Assembly: GCA_002869145.1 (NCBI GenBank)
Contig: PKTM01000027.1
Coordinates: 134,243-198,242, forward strand
Length of the DNA: 64,000 nt
Source: Denitrovibrio sp.
GTDB lineage: Bacteria > Chrysiogenota > Deferribacteres > Deferribacterales > Geovibrionaceae
Direction: 5' to 3'
Part shown: one piece after another, positions 39,732 to 49,720 of the stretch
Layout: every line of letters starts with the position of its first letter
Numbering within the stretch: the first letter of the stretch is position 1
Position numbers and translations under genes: made by a program
Notes under the pieces: generated by a model
Told to the model about the DNA's origin: nothing
Database searches by the model: none
What the model saw: only the letters and a program-made list of their open reading frames with translations

Positions 39732-40730
39732 ATGCGTAATATATCCATTTTAATAGTTTTTGTGTTAATTGTTATCTCTTTTGGTGCCCATGCACAAAAC
39801 CAGGAAACAAATGTGAATGTAGTTCTTGAGATAGAGGGTGAGTATAAGATCGAGGCTTTTAAAGAGCCTTCAGAGGGGCTTGGCGGGCTTGTGAACACAG
39901 GAACACTAAGAGTTATCCGAGAATCAGAAGCGGGTCTTCCAAAATACACAGCCTTAAATGATGCCATGCAGAAAGCCAGAAGACACGTTTTGAGTGTCAT
40001 ACAGGACAGCTACATAACAAACGAGCTTACTGTTGGGGCTGCAGTGAAAAATGCTCCTGCCTATTTCGAGTACAAAGAGAAAGACGAAGAAGATAAAGCG
40101 AAACTTGCCGCAATGACTCAGGAGGAGCGCAAAGCGTTCATTGAGAAGAATGGTAAAGAGAAGAAGTATGACTATGACAAGTTTCTGGACATTGTGAAAG
40201 AGTGCGGACAATACAAGAAATCAGGACGTTTTTATGATGCTGTTGAAGAAAAAGGCTACGTATGTCTTCGTGTAGAACTGAAGGATTTCTTCGCCGCAGT
40301 TCAAAATGATAAGATAAACATCTTTAAAGAGCTTAACTTCGGAGAAAGATACAGACCCATGGACAATGTACAGGTACCTTATGATGGCATAATAATAAAC
40401 GCCTCAGATATCGATTATGTTCCGTCATTTTATGTAAAAGTTCTCTCTCCTACAGAAGAAACTGTATACGCAGGACTTGCTGGTAAAAGGAAGGTGTTTT
40501 TCGCAAAAGATATCGAAGAAGCTAAGCATCTGCTTGGTGAAAATGGAGCAAAAAGAGTCTATAACACACCAGCCATAGGCGAAACAGGCAAAACAGGCAT
40601 CAGGGTAAATTTACCCGCCGCAGATAGAATATATTCTGCTGTTTCTAAGGATAAAAACATACCGTTTGTTATAATATATAAAACAGAACAGCCAGAGGAA
40701 GAAGATACAATACCCGCTGCTGGAGAATAA
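39732..40730 (+). CDS. secreted hypothetical protein (332 aa), CsgG-cluster member
   Basis: Signal peptide ending ...GAHAQ. A Lys/Glu-rich middle region. No family recognised. Confidence 0.5.
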   Translation: MRNISILIVFVLIVISFGAHAQNQETNVNVVLEIEGEYKIEAFKEPSEGLGGLVNTGTLRVIRESEAGLPKYTALNDAMQKARRHVLSVIQDSYITNELTVGAAVKNAPAYFEYKEKDEEDKAKLAAMTQEERKAFIEKNGKEKKYDYDKFLDIVKECGQYKKSGRFYDAVEEKGYVCLRVELKDFFAAVQNDKINIFKELNFGERYRPMDNVQVPYDGIIINASDIDYVPSFYVKVLSPTEETVYAGLAGKRKVFFAKDIEEAKHLLGENGAKRVYNTPAIGETGKTGIRVNLPAADRIYSAVSKDKNIPFVIIYKTEQPEEEDTIPAAGE

Positions 40731-40733
40731 ATT

Positions 40734-41840
40734 ATGAAAAAATTACTAATCGTATTTACTATGTTGATATTTTCCGCCATCGCATTTGCAGCTCCTATTA
40801 CAGTAACAGCAATAGGCGAGGCAGATATTATTAACGGTGACAAGTCTAGTGCTAAGATGCAGGCAGTTGCCAGAGCAAAATGGTCAGCCATGGAAGAAGC
40901 TTCAGGTGTCCGAGTAAAATCAGATACTATTGTTCAAAACGCTGTGCTTGTTGATGAAGCTATTAAAAATGAGGTTTCAGGCGTTATCCAAAACTACTCT
41001 GTGACCGGTGAAGAAGAGGACGGCTCGCTTTATAGGGTTATGATAAGTGCTACTATAGTACCGGAAAAAGCTAAAGATGCCGTTGGACTGCTTGCCAAAA
41101 ACACATCTATCTCTGTGATGGTTCCTGTGGTTTTTCCTGACAAACACGTAGAGGAGACAAACATCCTCACAGAGACTGTAATAAATGAATTAACAATGCA
41201 GCAGATGGAGGTCATAGACATAGTCTCCACTGACGGTACTAATTTGGCAGAGCTCGACAAAGCTATGCGTACAAACAATTACATGGCCATGAGAAACATC
41301 GCTGCAAAACACCTTTCCGGGACTATACTTGTAGGGAAGGTTGCAACAACAGCCACAGCAAAAGAAGGCTCAGATGTGGGTTACGGCGTTTCACTCCCTT
41401 TTAATGTTGTTACAGGGAGACTTACATACAGGCTGCTTACACAGCAGGGTCAGAGCGTAAAGATACTTTCCAGCGGATTTTTGGCTGCAAGAGGCATGGG
41501 CGCTACGCTGGATGATGCTACAAACCAGATGATGGAAAATATGAATCGTGAGGTCTCACAGAAATTAGTGAGCATCGTCATGGAAAAACTGAAAGGTGAA
41601 AACAGTAAGTCTATTTCTGTTCAGTTAGCAGGGAAGCCAAGCCTCAGTGACCTTATGGAGCTTAAGCAGATTCTTTCATACACTGCTTGGGTTTTAGAGG
41701 TTAAGGAGCGGGGAACTGATATGTTAGCTGTGCAATATCCGGAAAAGTCGCTTTATCTGGCTACTGCCATAAACAGCAAGCCTAATTATAAAGTGATAAA
41801 ACTCACTGACTATTCTGTACTGGTTGAAAAACTATACTAA
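40734..41840 (+). CDS. secreted protein with N-terminal LPP20/FlgP-like domain (368 aa), CsgG-cluster member
   Basis: Signal peptide ...AFAAP. Then ITVTAIGEADIINGDKSSAKMQAVARAKWSAMEEASGVRV...GSLYRVMISATIV, the LPP20-type pattern (A.G.G ... A..A..A ... ASGV ... Y.V). Confidence 0.5.
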   Translation: MKKLLIVFTMLIFSAIAFAAPITVTAIGEADIINGDKSSAKMQAVARAKWSAMEEASGVRVKSDTIVQNAVLVDEAIKNEVSGVIQNYSVTGEEEDGSLYRVMISATIVPEKAKDAVGLLAKNTSISVMVPVVFPDKHVEETNILTETVINELTMQQMEVIDIVSTDGTNLAELDKAMRTNNYMAMRNIAAKHLSGTILVGKVATTATAKEGSDVGYGVSLPFNVVTGRLTYRLLTQQGQSVKILSSGFLAARGMGATLDDATNQMMENMNREVSQKLVSIVMEKLKGENSKSISVQLAGKPSLSDLMELKQILSYTAWVLEVKERGTDMLAVQYPEKSLYLATAINSKPNYKVIKLTDYSVLVEKLY

Positions 41841-41849
41841 TTAACTAAG

Positions 41850-41878
41850 GGGAGCTGATGCTCCCCATTTTTTTTGTT
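41850..41878 (+). terminator. rho-independent terminator after the CsgG cluster
   Basis: GGGGAGCtgatGCTCCCC followed by a T9 run. Confidence 0.8.
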
Positions 41879-41949
41879 TTTTCGAAATATTTAAAAACAG
41901 ATTTCACTAAGCCTGTTATAATATAATTATTATGTTTTAGTAGGTTATT

Positions 41950-44034
41950 ATGAATTCAGCAAAATCATTTATCAAAAACTACAGACTGCTAAGTTTTATT
42001 TTCATATCAGTACTTGCAATTGCAGGCTATTACAACCAGCCAGCAGGTATTGAGAAGTTTTCACTTGGCTTTGAAGACCTTAAATTTAATGCTCGCTCAG
42101 CTCTTGGGCTTGCACCAAAGCCAAACGAGAATATTGTCATAATAGAGGTTGACGAGCACAGCGTAAACATCGTCGGCAGGTGGCCCTGGAACAGGGACGT
42201 TATGGCATCGCTTTTTGAAAAACTTTATGAGGCGAGGATTGTAGGGCTTGATATCGTTTTTTCAGAAACTTCTGATGAGGAGCATGACCAGCTTCTTGCA
42301 GATTCCATTTACGACACAGGAAATATCATTCTCGGCTATTTCTTTCGTGATATTGCCACCCAGGAAACAACTGACGAGGACATAGACTACCTTCAGGACT
42401 GTGCCTACCAAAGGTTTGATCTTCTCAGTGAGACCATAGGGGTAAAAGAGTTTCCTTATGCTGAGGTAAACATACCTGTAATAGCTGAATCAGGTCTTAC
42501 ATGTGCGTATTTTTCCACAGAGCCTGACACTGACGGGCTTTACAGAAGGTATCCGTTAACTTACATTCACAAAGGATATATACTTCCGCCAATAGCAGTG
42601 CAGATGCTCAGATATTATAAAAACAAAGAAGTTGAGCTGAAGCTTGATGAACATGGTGTAAAATCCTTTGAAATAGATGACTTGATTATCAAAGACAGAA
42701 CATATGTCAGGCTTAATTATTATGACGAAGTAAATTATGTTTCTGCTTATAAGGTTATTAACGGAGAGATTCCGCCGGAGTTTTTCAAAGATAAGATGGT
42801 CATCGTTGGTGTTACTGAAGTAGGGGTTTACGATATGCGGCCAACCCCTGTTAACTCTATTACACCCGTAGTGTCACTTCACTACGTGGCCCTGAGCAAC
42901 CTTTTACAGGATGAACTCCTTAGAACTTCCAAAACCGCTGACTATGTAAGCATCTTCTTAACACTCTTTGTAGTGTTAGCTATCAGCTTTATAAGGAAGC
43001 AGGGTCAGAGAATTATATTGTATATGCTAGCTATTTCAGTGTCCGGTGCAACATCCTACTGTATGTTTTTCTTTGGAAATTTCTGGCAGCATGAATTCTA
43101 CACTCTAGCGCCTTCTATTTTGTTTGTTGCAAGCCTTGAGTCTTTCGCCTTTTTCACAGTGGAAAGGAAAGCGAAAGAAGTCAAAAAAGCTTTTGGATCA
43201 TATGTTTCCCCAGCACTTGTGGAAAAGATTCAGCAAAACCCAGATGCCCTTAAACTCGGTGGTGAAGAGAGATGCATCTCTGTGCTTTTTTCAGATATTC
43301 GTGGCTTTACTTCACTTTCGGAGAGTTTATCCGCACCTGAACTTGTTTCCATGCTGAACAAAATACATGACCCAATGACCAAGGTGGTGCTTAACAACAA
43401 CGGTATGCTTGATAAATATATCGGCGATGCAATGATGGTTCTTTTTAATACTCCATTAGATTTGGATGACCACGCAGACATGTCTGTTTTGTCTGCTTTA
43501 CAGCTTATAAGAACCCTGCATGAGATAAACATAAGGTTTACAGAGGCCGGACTCCCTAATATTGATGTAGGTGTGGGAGTAAACTCCGGAAATGCAGTTT
43601 GCGGTAATATGGGTTCTGATGTGAGGTTTGAGTACACAGCCATAGGCGACAGTGTTAACCTTGCTTCCCGTTTGGAAGGGCTTTGCAAAGCCTATAAAAC
43701 AAGGATTGTTATCAGTGAGTATACTAAAGATATGTGCAAGATGGATTTCCTTATGAGGAAGCTGGACAATGTGCGTGTGAAAGGTAAGAATAAGCCGGTT
43801 GCCATTTTTGAGGTTATGGAGGACACTGAAGAAAGAAGACATGTTAAAGAGGAATTTGACAAGGCTATGGAACTTTATTTCGGTACAAAATTCGAAGAAG
43901 CACTGGCACTTTTTCAAAAACTTGTGGAAGAGGGGGATCCTACCTCTGAAGTTTTTGTTGAGCGTTGCCAAATATATATAGAAACACCGCCACCACAAGA
44001 CTGGGATGGTGCTTTCACAATGACAAGTAAATAA
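41950..44034 (+). CDS. CHASE2-sensor class III adenylate/guanylate cyclase
   Basis: Extracytoplasmic CHASE2-like domain (VIIEVDEHSVNIVGRWPWNRD), TM helices, and a cyclase domain (SVLFSDIRGFTSLSE ... DKYIGDAMMV ... IGDSVNLASRLE). Confidence 0.8.
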   Translation: MNSAKSFIKNYRLLSFIFISVLAIAGYYNQPAGIEKFSLGFEDLKFNARSALGLAPKPNENIVIIEVDEHSVNIVGRWPWNRDVMASLFEKLYEARIVGLDIVFSETSDEEHDQLLADSIYDTGNIILGYFFRDIATQETTDEDIDYLQDCAYQRFDLLSETIGVKEFPYAEVNIPVIAESGLTCAYFSTEPDTDGLYRRYPLTYIHKGYILPPIAVQMLRYYKNKEVELKLDEHGVKSFEIDDLIIKDRTYVRLNYYDEVNYVSAYKVINGEIPPEFFKDKMVIVGVTEVGVYDMRPTPVNSITPVVSLHYVALSNLLQDELLRTSKTADYVSIFLTLFVVLAISFIRKQGQRIILYMLAISVSGATSYCMFFFGNFWQHEFYTLAPSILFVASLESFAFFTVERKAKEVKKAFGSYVSPALVEKIQQNPDALKLGGEERCISVLFSDIRGFTSLSESLSAPELVSMLNKIHDPMTKVVLNNNGMLDKYIGDAMMVLFNTPLDLDDHADMSVLSALQLIRTLHEINIRFTEAGLPNIDVGVGVNSGNAVCGNMGSDVRFEYTAIGDSVNLASRLEGLCKAYKTRIVISEYTKDMCKMDFLMRKLDNVRVKGKNKPVAIFEVMEDTEERRHVKEEFDKAMELYFGTKFEEALALFQKLVEEGDPTSEVFVERCQIYIETPPPQDWDGAFTMTSK

Positions 44035-44053
44035 TGAGTATGGAGATACGTTA

Positions 44054-45016
44054 ATGAAAAAAGTAGCAGTAATGACAAGCGGCGGTGACTGCCCCGGCAT
44101 GAATGCAGCCATCAGAAGTATTGTTAGATCAGGTTTAGCAAACGGAATAGAGGTTTATGGTATAGAACAGGGATATAAAGGACTTATGGAAGGTAAAATT
44201 AACCTTCTTACCAGCAGAGAGGTTTCCAACACTATACAGCGTGGAGGAACATTTCTAAGGAGTGCCAGAAGCCTTGAGTTTAAAACAGAACAAGGACAGA
44301 GTAAAGCTGTTGATATACTCGAAAAAAATGGCATAGAAGGTCTTATTGTTATAGGCGGAGACGGCTCTCTTACCGGAGCTAAAATACTTCATGAAAATTA
44401 CGGTATAAATGTAATAGGGCTTCCCGGCTCAATAGATAACGACATTTATGGAACAAATATATCCATTGGTGTGGACACAGCGCTGAACACAATAGCCCAC
44501 GCAATAGATATGATAAATGAAACAGCCAGCTCCCATGACCGTACTTTTATCATAGAGGTAATGGGTCGCAACTGCGGCTATCTGGCGCTTATGTCTGCCA
44601 TAGCTACCGGAGCAGAGGCTGTTATCATCCCAGAGATAAAATATAATCTTGAAAAAATCATAGATAAAATAAAAATAAGATACGAAGAGGGGAAATCCAG
44701 AAGCATAGTGGTGGTGGCTGAAGGTGCTGGAAGTGCTACTGATATTGGCAAAGCCTTTCAGCTTATAGGCGGTTTTGAAACCCGAATAACTGTTCTTGGT
44801 CACCTTCAGCGTGGAGGCGGCCCTACTGTTTTTGACAGGATACTTGCTACACGTATGGGGTCTGCTGCTATAGATGGTCTTATTGCAGGTCACTCAGGAG
44901 TCATGACAGCTCTTGCCGGCAGAGAGATATCTTATGTTGATCTGGACGTAGTTCTGTCAAATACCAGACAGCTTGACCCAAAACTTATGGAAATAGCGGA
45001 GGATCTGAGTCTGTAA
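44054..45016 (+). CDS. pfkA: ATP-dependent 6-phosphofructokinase
   Basis: MTSGGDCPGMNAAIR, GGDGS and MGRNCGYLAL motifs. Confidence 0.9.
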   Translation: MKKVAVMTSGGDCPGMNAAIRSIVRSGLANGIEVYGIEQGYKGLMEGKINLLTSREVSNTIQRGGTFLRSARSLEFKTEQGQSKAVDILEKNGIEGLIVIGGDGSLTGAKILHENYGINVIGLPGSIDNDIYGTNISIGVDTALNTIAHAIDMINETASSHDRTFIIEVMGRNCGYLALMSAIATGAEAVIIPEIKYNLEKIIDKIKIRYEEGKSRSIVVVAEGAGSATDIGKAFQLIGGFETRITVLGHLQRGGGPTVFDRILATRMGSAAIDGLIAGHSGVMTALAGREISYVDLDVVLSNTRQLDPKLMEIAEDLSL

Positions 45017-45513
45017 TGAGTGTAACAACAAAAGGCGGCGATAAGGGGCAGACATCTCTTTACAGCGGCCAGAGAGTATCAAAGGATGATATAAGGATCG
45101 AAACAGTTGGTACTGGCGATGAGTTTGTGTCCAATCTGGGCGAATTGAAATATATTGTACCAGACTACAGAGACATCATTGAACGTGTTCAGAAAAATAT
45201 ATTTATCGTTAATGCTCACTGCGCTGATGTGGACGGAAGCAAATTCGATATTGCTCAAAAAGAGTTGGATTTTATTGAATCATTCGTGACAGAAGGTGAA
45301 AAACTGCTGGATATGAAAGGCTTCACAATCCCTTCTGAAAACAGGCCTGCGGCCAGAGTTGATATTTGCAGAACTGTCTGCCGGAGGTTTGAAAGAAGAT
45401 TGATAAGTCTATCCTCTTGTGCTAATCTTAGCCCTGCTGTTTTAAAATATATTAACAGGCTGTCTGATTTCCTTTATATTATGGCAAGGCTTGTAGGTAA
45501 GGAGAATTTATAA
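45016..45513 (+). CDS. ATP:cob(I)alamin adenosyltransferase, PduO-type
   Basis: TKGGDKGQTSLYSGQRVSKDDIRIETVGTGDE is the PduO/MMAB N-terminal signature. Confidence 0.75.
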   Translation: MSVTTKGGDKGQTSLYSGQRVSKDDIRIETVGTGDEFVSNLGELKYIVPDYRDIIERVQKNIFIVNAHCADVDGSKFDIAQKELDFIESFVTEGEKLLDMKGFTIPSENRPAARVDICRTVCRRFERRLISLSSCANLSPAVLKYINRLSDFLYIMARLVGKENL

Positions 45514-45962
45514 TGTCGCTTAAAGATCAAATTACAGAAGATATGAAGACATATATGAGAGCCAAGAATACAGTAGCACTTAGCACTGTGCGGATGCTGA
45601 AATCAGAGATAAAAAATGTTGAAATAGATTCTGGAGAGCTTGACGATGCTGCTGTTCAGAAGGTTATTGCAACAGCCATAAAGAAGCGCAAAGATGCTGC
45701 AGATCAATACAGTAATGCCAATAGACCAGAGCTTGCCGCAAAGGAGCTTGAAGAGGCGGATTACCTGATGAAGTATATGCCTCAGCAGCTTAGTGAAGAG
45801 GAAGTGAAGGCTATTGTTGATGAGGCCTGTGTGGGTGTTGACACATCTGATAAAAAAATGTTCGGAAAAGTTATGCAGACTGTCATGGCAAAGGCTCAGG
45901 GCCGTGCCGATGGCAAAATAGTTAACAAACTTGTAAAGGATGCGTTTGATGGGAATAATTGA
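45513..45962 (+). CDS. yqeY: GatB/YqeY domain protein
   Basis: LKDQITEDMKTYMRAKNTVALSTVRMLKSEIKN matches the YqeY family. Confidence 0.75.
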   Translation: MSLKDQITEDMKTYMRAKNTVALSTVRMLKSEIKNVEIDSGELDDAAVQKVIATAIKKRKDAADQYSNANRPELAAKELEEADYLMKYMPQQLSEEEVKAIVDEACVGVDTSDKKMFGKVMQTVMAKAQGRADGKIVNKLVKDAFDGNN

Positions 45963-46674
45963 TATTATATTGCTGATACTGATCGGCGTATTTGCTATTA
46001 AAGGTCTTTTTAAAGGGCTTGTAATGGAGATATTTGGAATTCTCGCTCTTATCGCAGGCTACATCACAGGTTTTAAATATTCACATGTTTTTTCAAAGCC
46101 TGTAGCTGCTCTTGGGTTAGATGAGAAGGCGTCTGCTGCTATTGGGTATGTTATAGGATTTCTTGTTGCATACATTATCGTAGTAATAATAGGTTCTGTA
46201 CTCAGCAAGGCGTTTAAAGAGGTAAAGCTCAGCTCTTTGAACCGTGGTGGCGGTTTTTTCTTTGGCGGCATAAAGGCAGCTATTATTCTGGGGCTTATCC
46301 TCAGTGCTGTTATTACTGTTGCTCCGAAAAACGGTGAGTTCAGCAAAAACCTTCAGGACGGTATGGTTTCAGGAAAATTGGCAAAGATATCCCCATTTGT
46401 TTATAAAGCTATGAATCACATTCCTGATGTGAAAAAGATAAATCCATTTGACATTCCACAGGTTAAAAAGGCAAAAGATGCACTGGAAAAGCTGGAAGAT
46501 GATGCAGTACAGGATGCTCTGAAGTCTGTAAAAGATTCCGAAGTAATGAAAGAAGCTACTGAAATGAAGGACAAAGCTTTAGAATCTGCCGAGGAAATGA
46601 TGAAGAAAAAACCTGCTATAGAGCCAAACGAAGAACCGCTTGAAGATCCTCTTAAGGATATGCAGAAAGAATAA
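45940..46674 (+). CDS. CvpA-family membrane protein with acidic C-terminal tail
   Basis: IIDIILLILIGVFAIKGLFKG and 4 TM helices are typical of CvpA. Long Glu/Lys/Asp-rich tail. Confidence 0.6.
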   Translation: MRLMGIIDIILLILIGVFAIKGLFKGLVMEIFGILALIAGYITGFKYSHVFSKPVAALGLDEKASAAIGYVIGFLVAYIIVVIIGSVLSKAFKEVKLSSLNRGGGFFFGGIKAAIILGLILSAVITVAPKNGEFSKNLQDGMVSGKLAKISPFVYKAMNHIPDVKKINPFDIPQVKKAKDALEKLEDDAVQDALKSVKDSEVMKEATEMKDKALESAEEMMKKKPAIEPNEEPLEDPLKDMQKE

Positions 46675-48945
46675 ATGATACATCTTGAAACTCTAGAGTT
46701 TAGCCTTTTCAAAGGGTATATGATAAAGGGTTTTTCGTCCTCTTTTGCAAAGAGCAGACTGAAGGCGCTTAAGCCTTACTATAATCTGGAAAAGATAGAA
46801 AAATACAAAAACGAACTTTCAGAAGCTCTGGAGTATTTACGCCAGTGGGATATCTCTATACCTAATGACGAAGAGTTTGCCAGCCTAGTGGTAAAGCTCG
46901 ATGATCCGCTCCTTTTTCTAGAACCAGATGAACTCATTACATTCAGCTCATTCTTCAAAAATATCAAAGAGATAAAGAAAAGCCTCATCGAAGGCGGAGT
47001 AAACAGCCTTAAAGTATATTTGTCTGAGATGCACACACTGTCTGACATAACAGACGACATTGATGACACTGTTAATTCCAAAGGCGAGATAAAAGATTCT
47101 GCATCGGCTAAGCTTCTGGATGTTCGAACAGAGCTAAAGGCAGTCCGAAAGCAGATACAGAAAGAGCTCGCAGGAGTTTTTGCACACAGTTCATCATCAA
47201 AATTCATTCAGGAACAGGTGATAACAGAGCGCAACGGCAGGTTTACCATTCAGTGCAAGACAAACTTCAAACAATACATTCAAGGGATAGTCCACGACCG
47301 CTCTGCAAGTGGTCAGACACTTTATGTGGAACCCTCATCTACTGTTGGAATGAACAATACCCAGCAGGAGCTTATGGCACAAGAGCGTGAGGAATCAGTG
47401 AGCATACTTAAAGAACTGTCTGTAAGGATATTTGATGCTCATTTTAATATTCAGACAACTTGCGAAGCATACACCGAGCTTGTTTTTCATCTGGAGACCG
47501 CACTTTTTTATAAGGCTAAACCTTATGTATTCCCGGAGTTTAAAGATTACATTCGTTTCAGTGATATACACCACCCTGTAATATTTCTTGAAAAAGGGAA
47601 GGAGTCAGTCCCTCTTGATTTTGAAATAGCAGACTCAGAGCTTACTGCTGTTGTTACCGGACCCAATACTGGGGGAAAAACTGCTGCGCTGAAGTCCATT
47701 GGTCTGAACCACATACTCGGCAAATGCGGACTTCCTCTTATAGGAAAATATGCTTCTATTATAAACTTCAAAAACATACTGGCTGATATTGGTGACAAAC
47801 AGTCTCTTGTGATGGATTTATCCACTTTTAGCTCCCATATGGTAAATATCAGAGATATTCTAAAAAAAGCGGATTCCGATACACTTGTTCTTATGGACGA
47901 GGCAGGCACAGGGACAGAACCCGCAGAAGGTGCTGCGCTTGCTGTTGCTGTTTGCAGAACGCTGGCAGAGAAAAAAGCGAAATCTGTTGTCACCACACAT
48001 TTTTCTGAGATGAAAAAGTATGCACTAACAGAAAGTTCCTCTGTTATATATGCAGTAGATTTTGACTACAAAGATTTTTCACCTAAATACAGACTTCTCA
48101 AAGGTGTCACAGGTAAATCAGACCCGCTTGTGATAGCGAGAAGGCTTAATTTTCCTGAAGATGTTGTAAAGCTGGCATCAAGTCTTATAGATGAAAAAAA
48201 GAGTATGTCAGAACTTACTATGGAAGAGATAAGCCGCACACAGGCTGATCTGGAAGGGCGTGTTAAAGATTACGAGAGCCGTATGGCTGAGCTTATAGAG
48301 AAAGAAAAACGTATAAGTGAGAAGGAAGCTGCACTCAGAGAAAGGCTTGCTAAAAAAGAATCTGAACTGCTGGAGGAAACCGTAAGGCTTTATAACAGAG
48401 CAAAAAGGCTTTCAGAAAAACCACGCAAAGCAGATAAGGTTGATGAGGAGATAGACAAAGCAGCAAAGAAACTTAAAGCAGTTAAAAAGAAGATAAAACC
48501 GATAGATAGTGTTCAGGTGGGCGATGTGATTCGACTTGATAAATATAGCAAAACCGGAAAGGTGCTGGCTATAGATGGGAATACTGCAAAAATGGATCTT
48601 GGCGGTCTGAAGATATCTATGAAACTGGTGGATATAGTCGGAGAAAAGGTCAGAGATGAAGAGAAGGTAAACGATGTTAGTGTTAGCAGAGATGTTGTTG
48701 CAGGCGGGAAAAGTGAGTTGGTGCTCATAGGCAAAAGAGTTGAAGAGGCTCTGGAGATGGTAGATAAACAACTTGATGATTCAATCCTTTCAGGCTCTTC
48801 AAAGCTTTACGTTGTTCACGGTAGAGGCTCAGGTCAGCTTCGTAAAGCGATACATGAGTTTTTGCGCACAGACCCCAGAGTACAGTCATATGCTCTTGCT
48901 CCCAGAGAAGAGGGGGGAGAGGCTGTCACTGCTGTAGAAATCTAG
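46675..48945 (+). CDS. mutS2: endonuclease MutS2 (with C-terminal Smr domain)
   Basis: MutS ATPase domain (Walker A GPNTGGKT; LVLMDEAGTGTEP). Smr domain C-terminus VVHGRGSGQLRKAIHEFL. Confidence 0.9.
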   Translation: MIHLETLEFSLFKGYMIKGFSSSFAKSRLKALKPYYNLEKIEKYKNELSEALEYLRQWDISIPNDEEFASLVVKLDDPLLFLEPDELITFSSFFKNIKEIKKSLIEGGVNSLKVYLSEMHTLSDITDDIDDTVNSKGEIKDSASAKLLDVRTELKAVRKQIQKELAGVFAHSSSSKFIQEQVITERNGRFTIQCKTNFKQYIQGIVHDRSASGQTLYVEPSSTVGMNNTQQELMAQEREESVSILKELSVRIFDAHFNIQTTCEAYTELVFHLETALFYKAKPYVFPEFKDYIRFSDIHHPVIFLEKGKESVPLDFEIADSELTAVVTGPNTGGKTAALKSIGLNHILGKCGLPLIGKYASIINFKNILADIGDKQSLVMDLSTFSSHMVNIRDILKKADSDTLVLMDEAGTGTEPAEGAALAVAVCRTLAEKKAKSVVTTHFSEMKKYALTESSSVIYAVDFDYKDFSPKYRLLKGVTGKSDPLVIARRLNFPEDVVKLASSLIDEKKSMSELTMEEISRTQADLEGRVKDYESRMAELIEKEKRISEKEAALRERLAKKESELLEETVRLYNRAKRLSEKPRKADKVDEEIDKAAKKLKAVKKKIKPIDSVQVGDVIRLDKYSKTGKVLAIDGNTAKMDLGGLKISMKLVDIVGEKVRDEEKVNDVSVSRDVVAGGKSELVLIGKRVEEALEMVDKQLDDSILSGSSKLYVVHGRGSGQLRKAIHEFLRTDPRVQSYALAPREEGGEAVTAVEI

Positions 48946-49013
48946 CATTGACAAAATCTTGTTTTTTAGCGATACTTAACAATGTTTATTGTTATTAATA
49001 TTGCGAGGCTAAG

Positions 49014-49604
49014 ATGGAAAGTATAGAAGTAAAAATCGGTGAACGTGTCAGGAAAATCAGGAACGAAAGAGGTTTGACACTTCAGGATGTAGCAAACTTT
49101 ACAGGTTTTTCAAAAGCTCTTATCTCGCAGATAGAAAACAATATTGTTATGCCTCCTATCAATACACTGGCGAAAATTGCTAAGGTTCTTAATGTAAAAA
49201 TGACCTATTTTTTCGAAGAGGAGATAAACCACAACGACTATTATGTGGTGAAAGCCGACCAGAAAAAATTCATCTTCCGCGAAGGTGTCAAGCACGGCTA
49301 TATGTATGAAGAACTCGCCAAAGTAAAATCATTTGACTATCTCGACTGGCTTCTGGTAACCATCAAACCTGACAAGTGTGACGACAAACTTTTCAGTCAC
49401 GAAGGATATGAATATATGTACATCGTCTCAGGCGGGATAAGGATGAAGATGGGTAACGAAGAGATGGAGCTTCTTGCGGGTGATTCTATAGCTTTCAACT
49501 CTAAGATCCCTCATGCGGCAGTCCCTCTGGAAGGTCAGACAGCTACAGTTTTAAGTGCACATCTCAAAATAGAAGCTCTAAGGGAGTTTATTCAAAACAA
49601 TTAG
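49014..49604 (+). CDS. XRE-family HTH transcriptional regulator with C-terminal cupin domain
   Basis: HTH RNERGLTLQDVANFTGFSKALISQIEN, followed by a cupin fold. Confidence 0.75.
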   Translation: MESIEVKIGERVRKIRNERGLTLQDVANFTGFSKALISQIENNIVMPPINTLAKIAKVLNVKMTYFFEEEINHNDYYVVKADQKKFIFREGVKHGYMYEELAKVKSFDYLDWLLVTIKPDKCDDKLFSHEGYEYMYIVSGGIRMKMGNEEMELLAGDSIAFNSKIPHAAVPLEGQTATVLSAHLKIEALREFIQNN

Positions 49605-49720
49605 GTATTATTTTTCTGACGTCCTGTCAGAAAAATTCGTTCGTTCGCCTTGTTAAAAGCAAGCCTCACTTACGCTTCGCAAACATGCTTCCAACATTAT
49701 ACGTGCAAATTTTTTAATGT

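Noticed and set aside
43230-44112. 152- and 204-aa minus-strand ORFs inside the adenylate cyclase gene
   Set aside because: Antisense to the conserved cyclase catalytic domain. No independent support.
46779-47996. Minus-strand ORFs (142 aa, 149 aa) within mutS2
   Set aside because: Antisense to the MutS2 ATPase region. Ser-rich artefacts.
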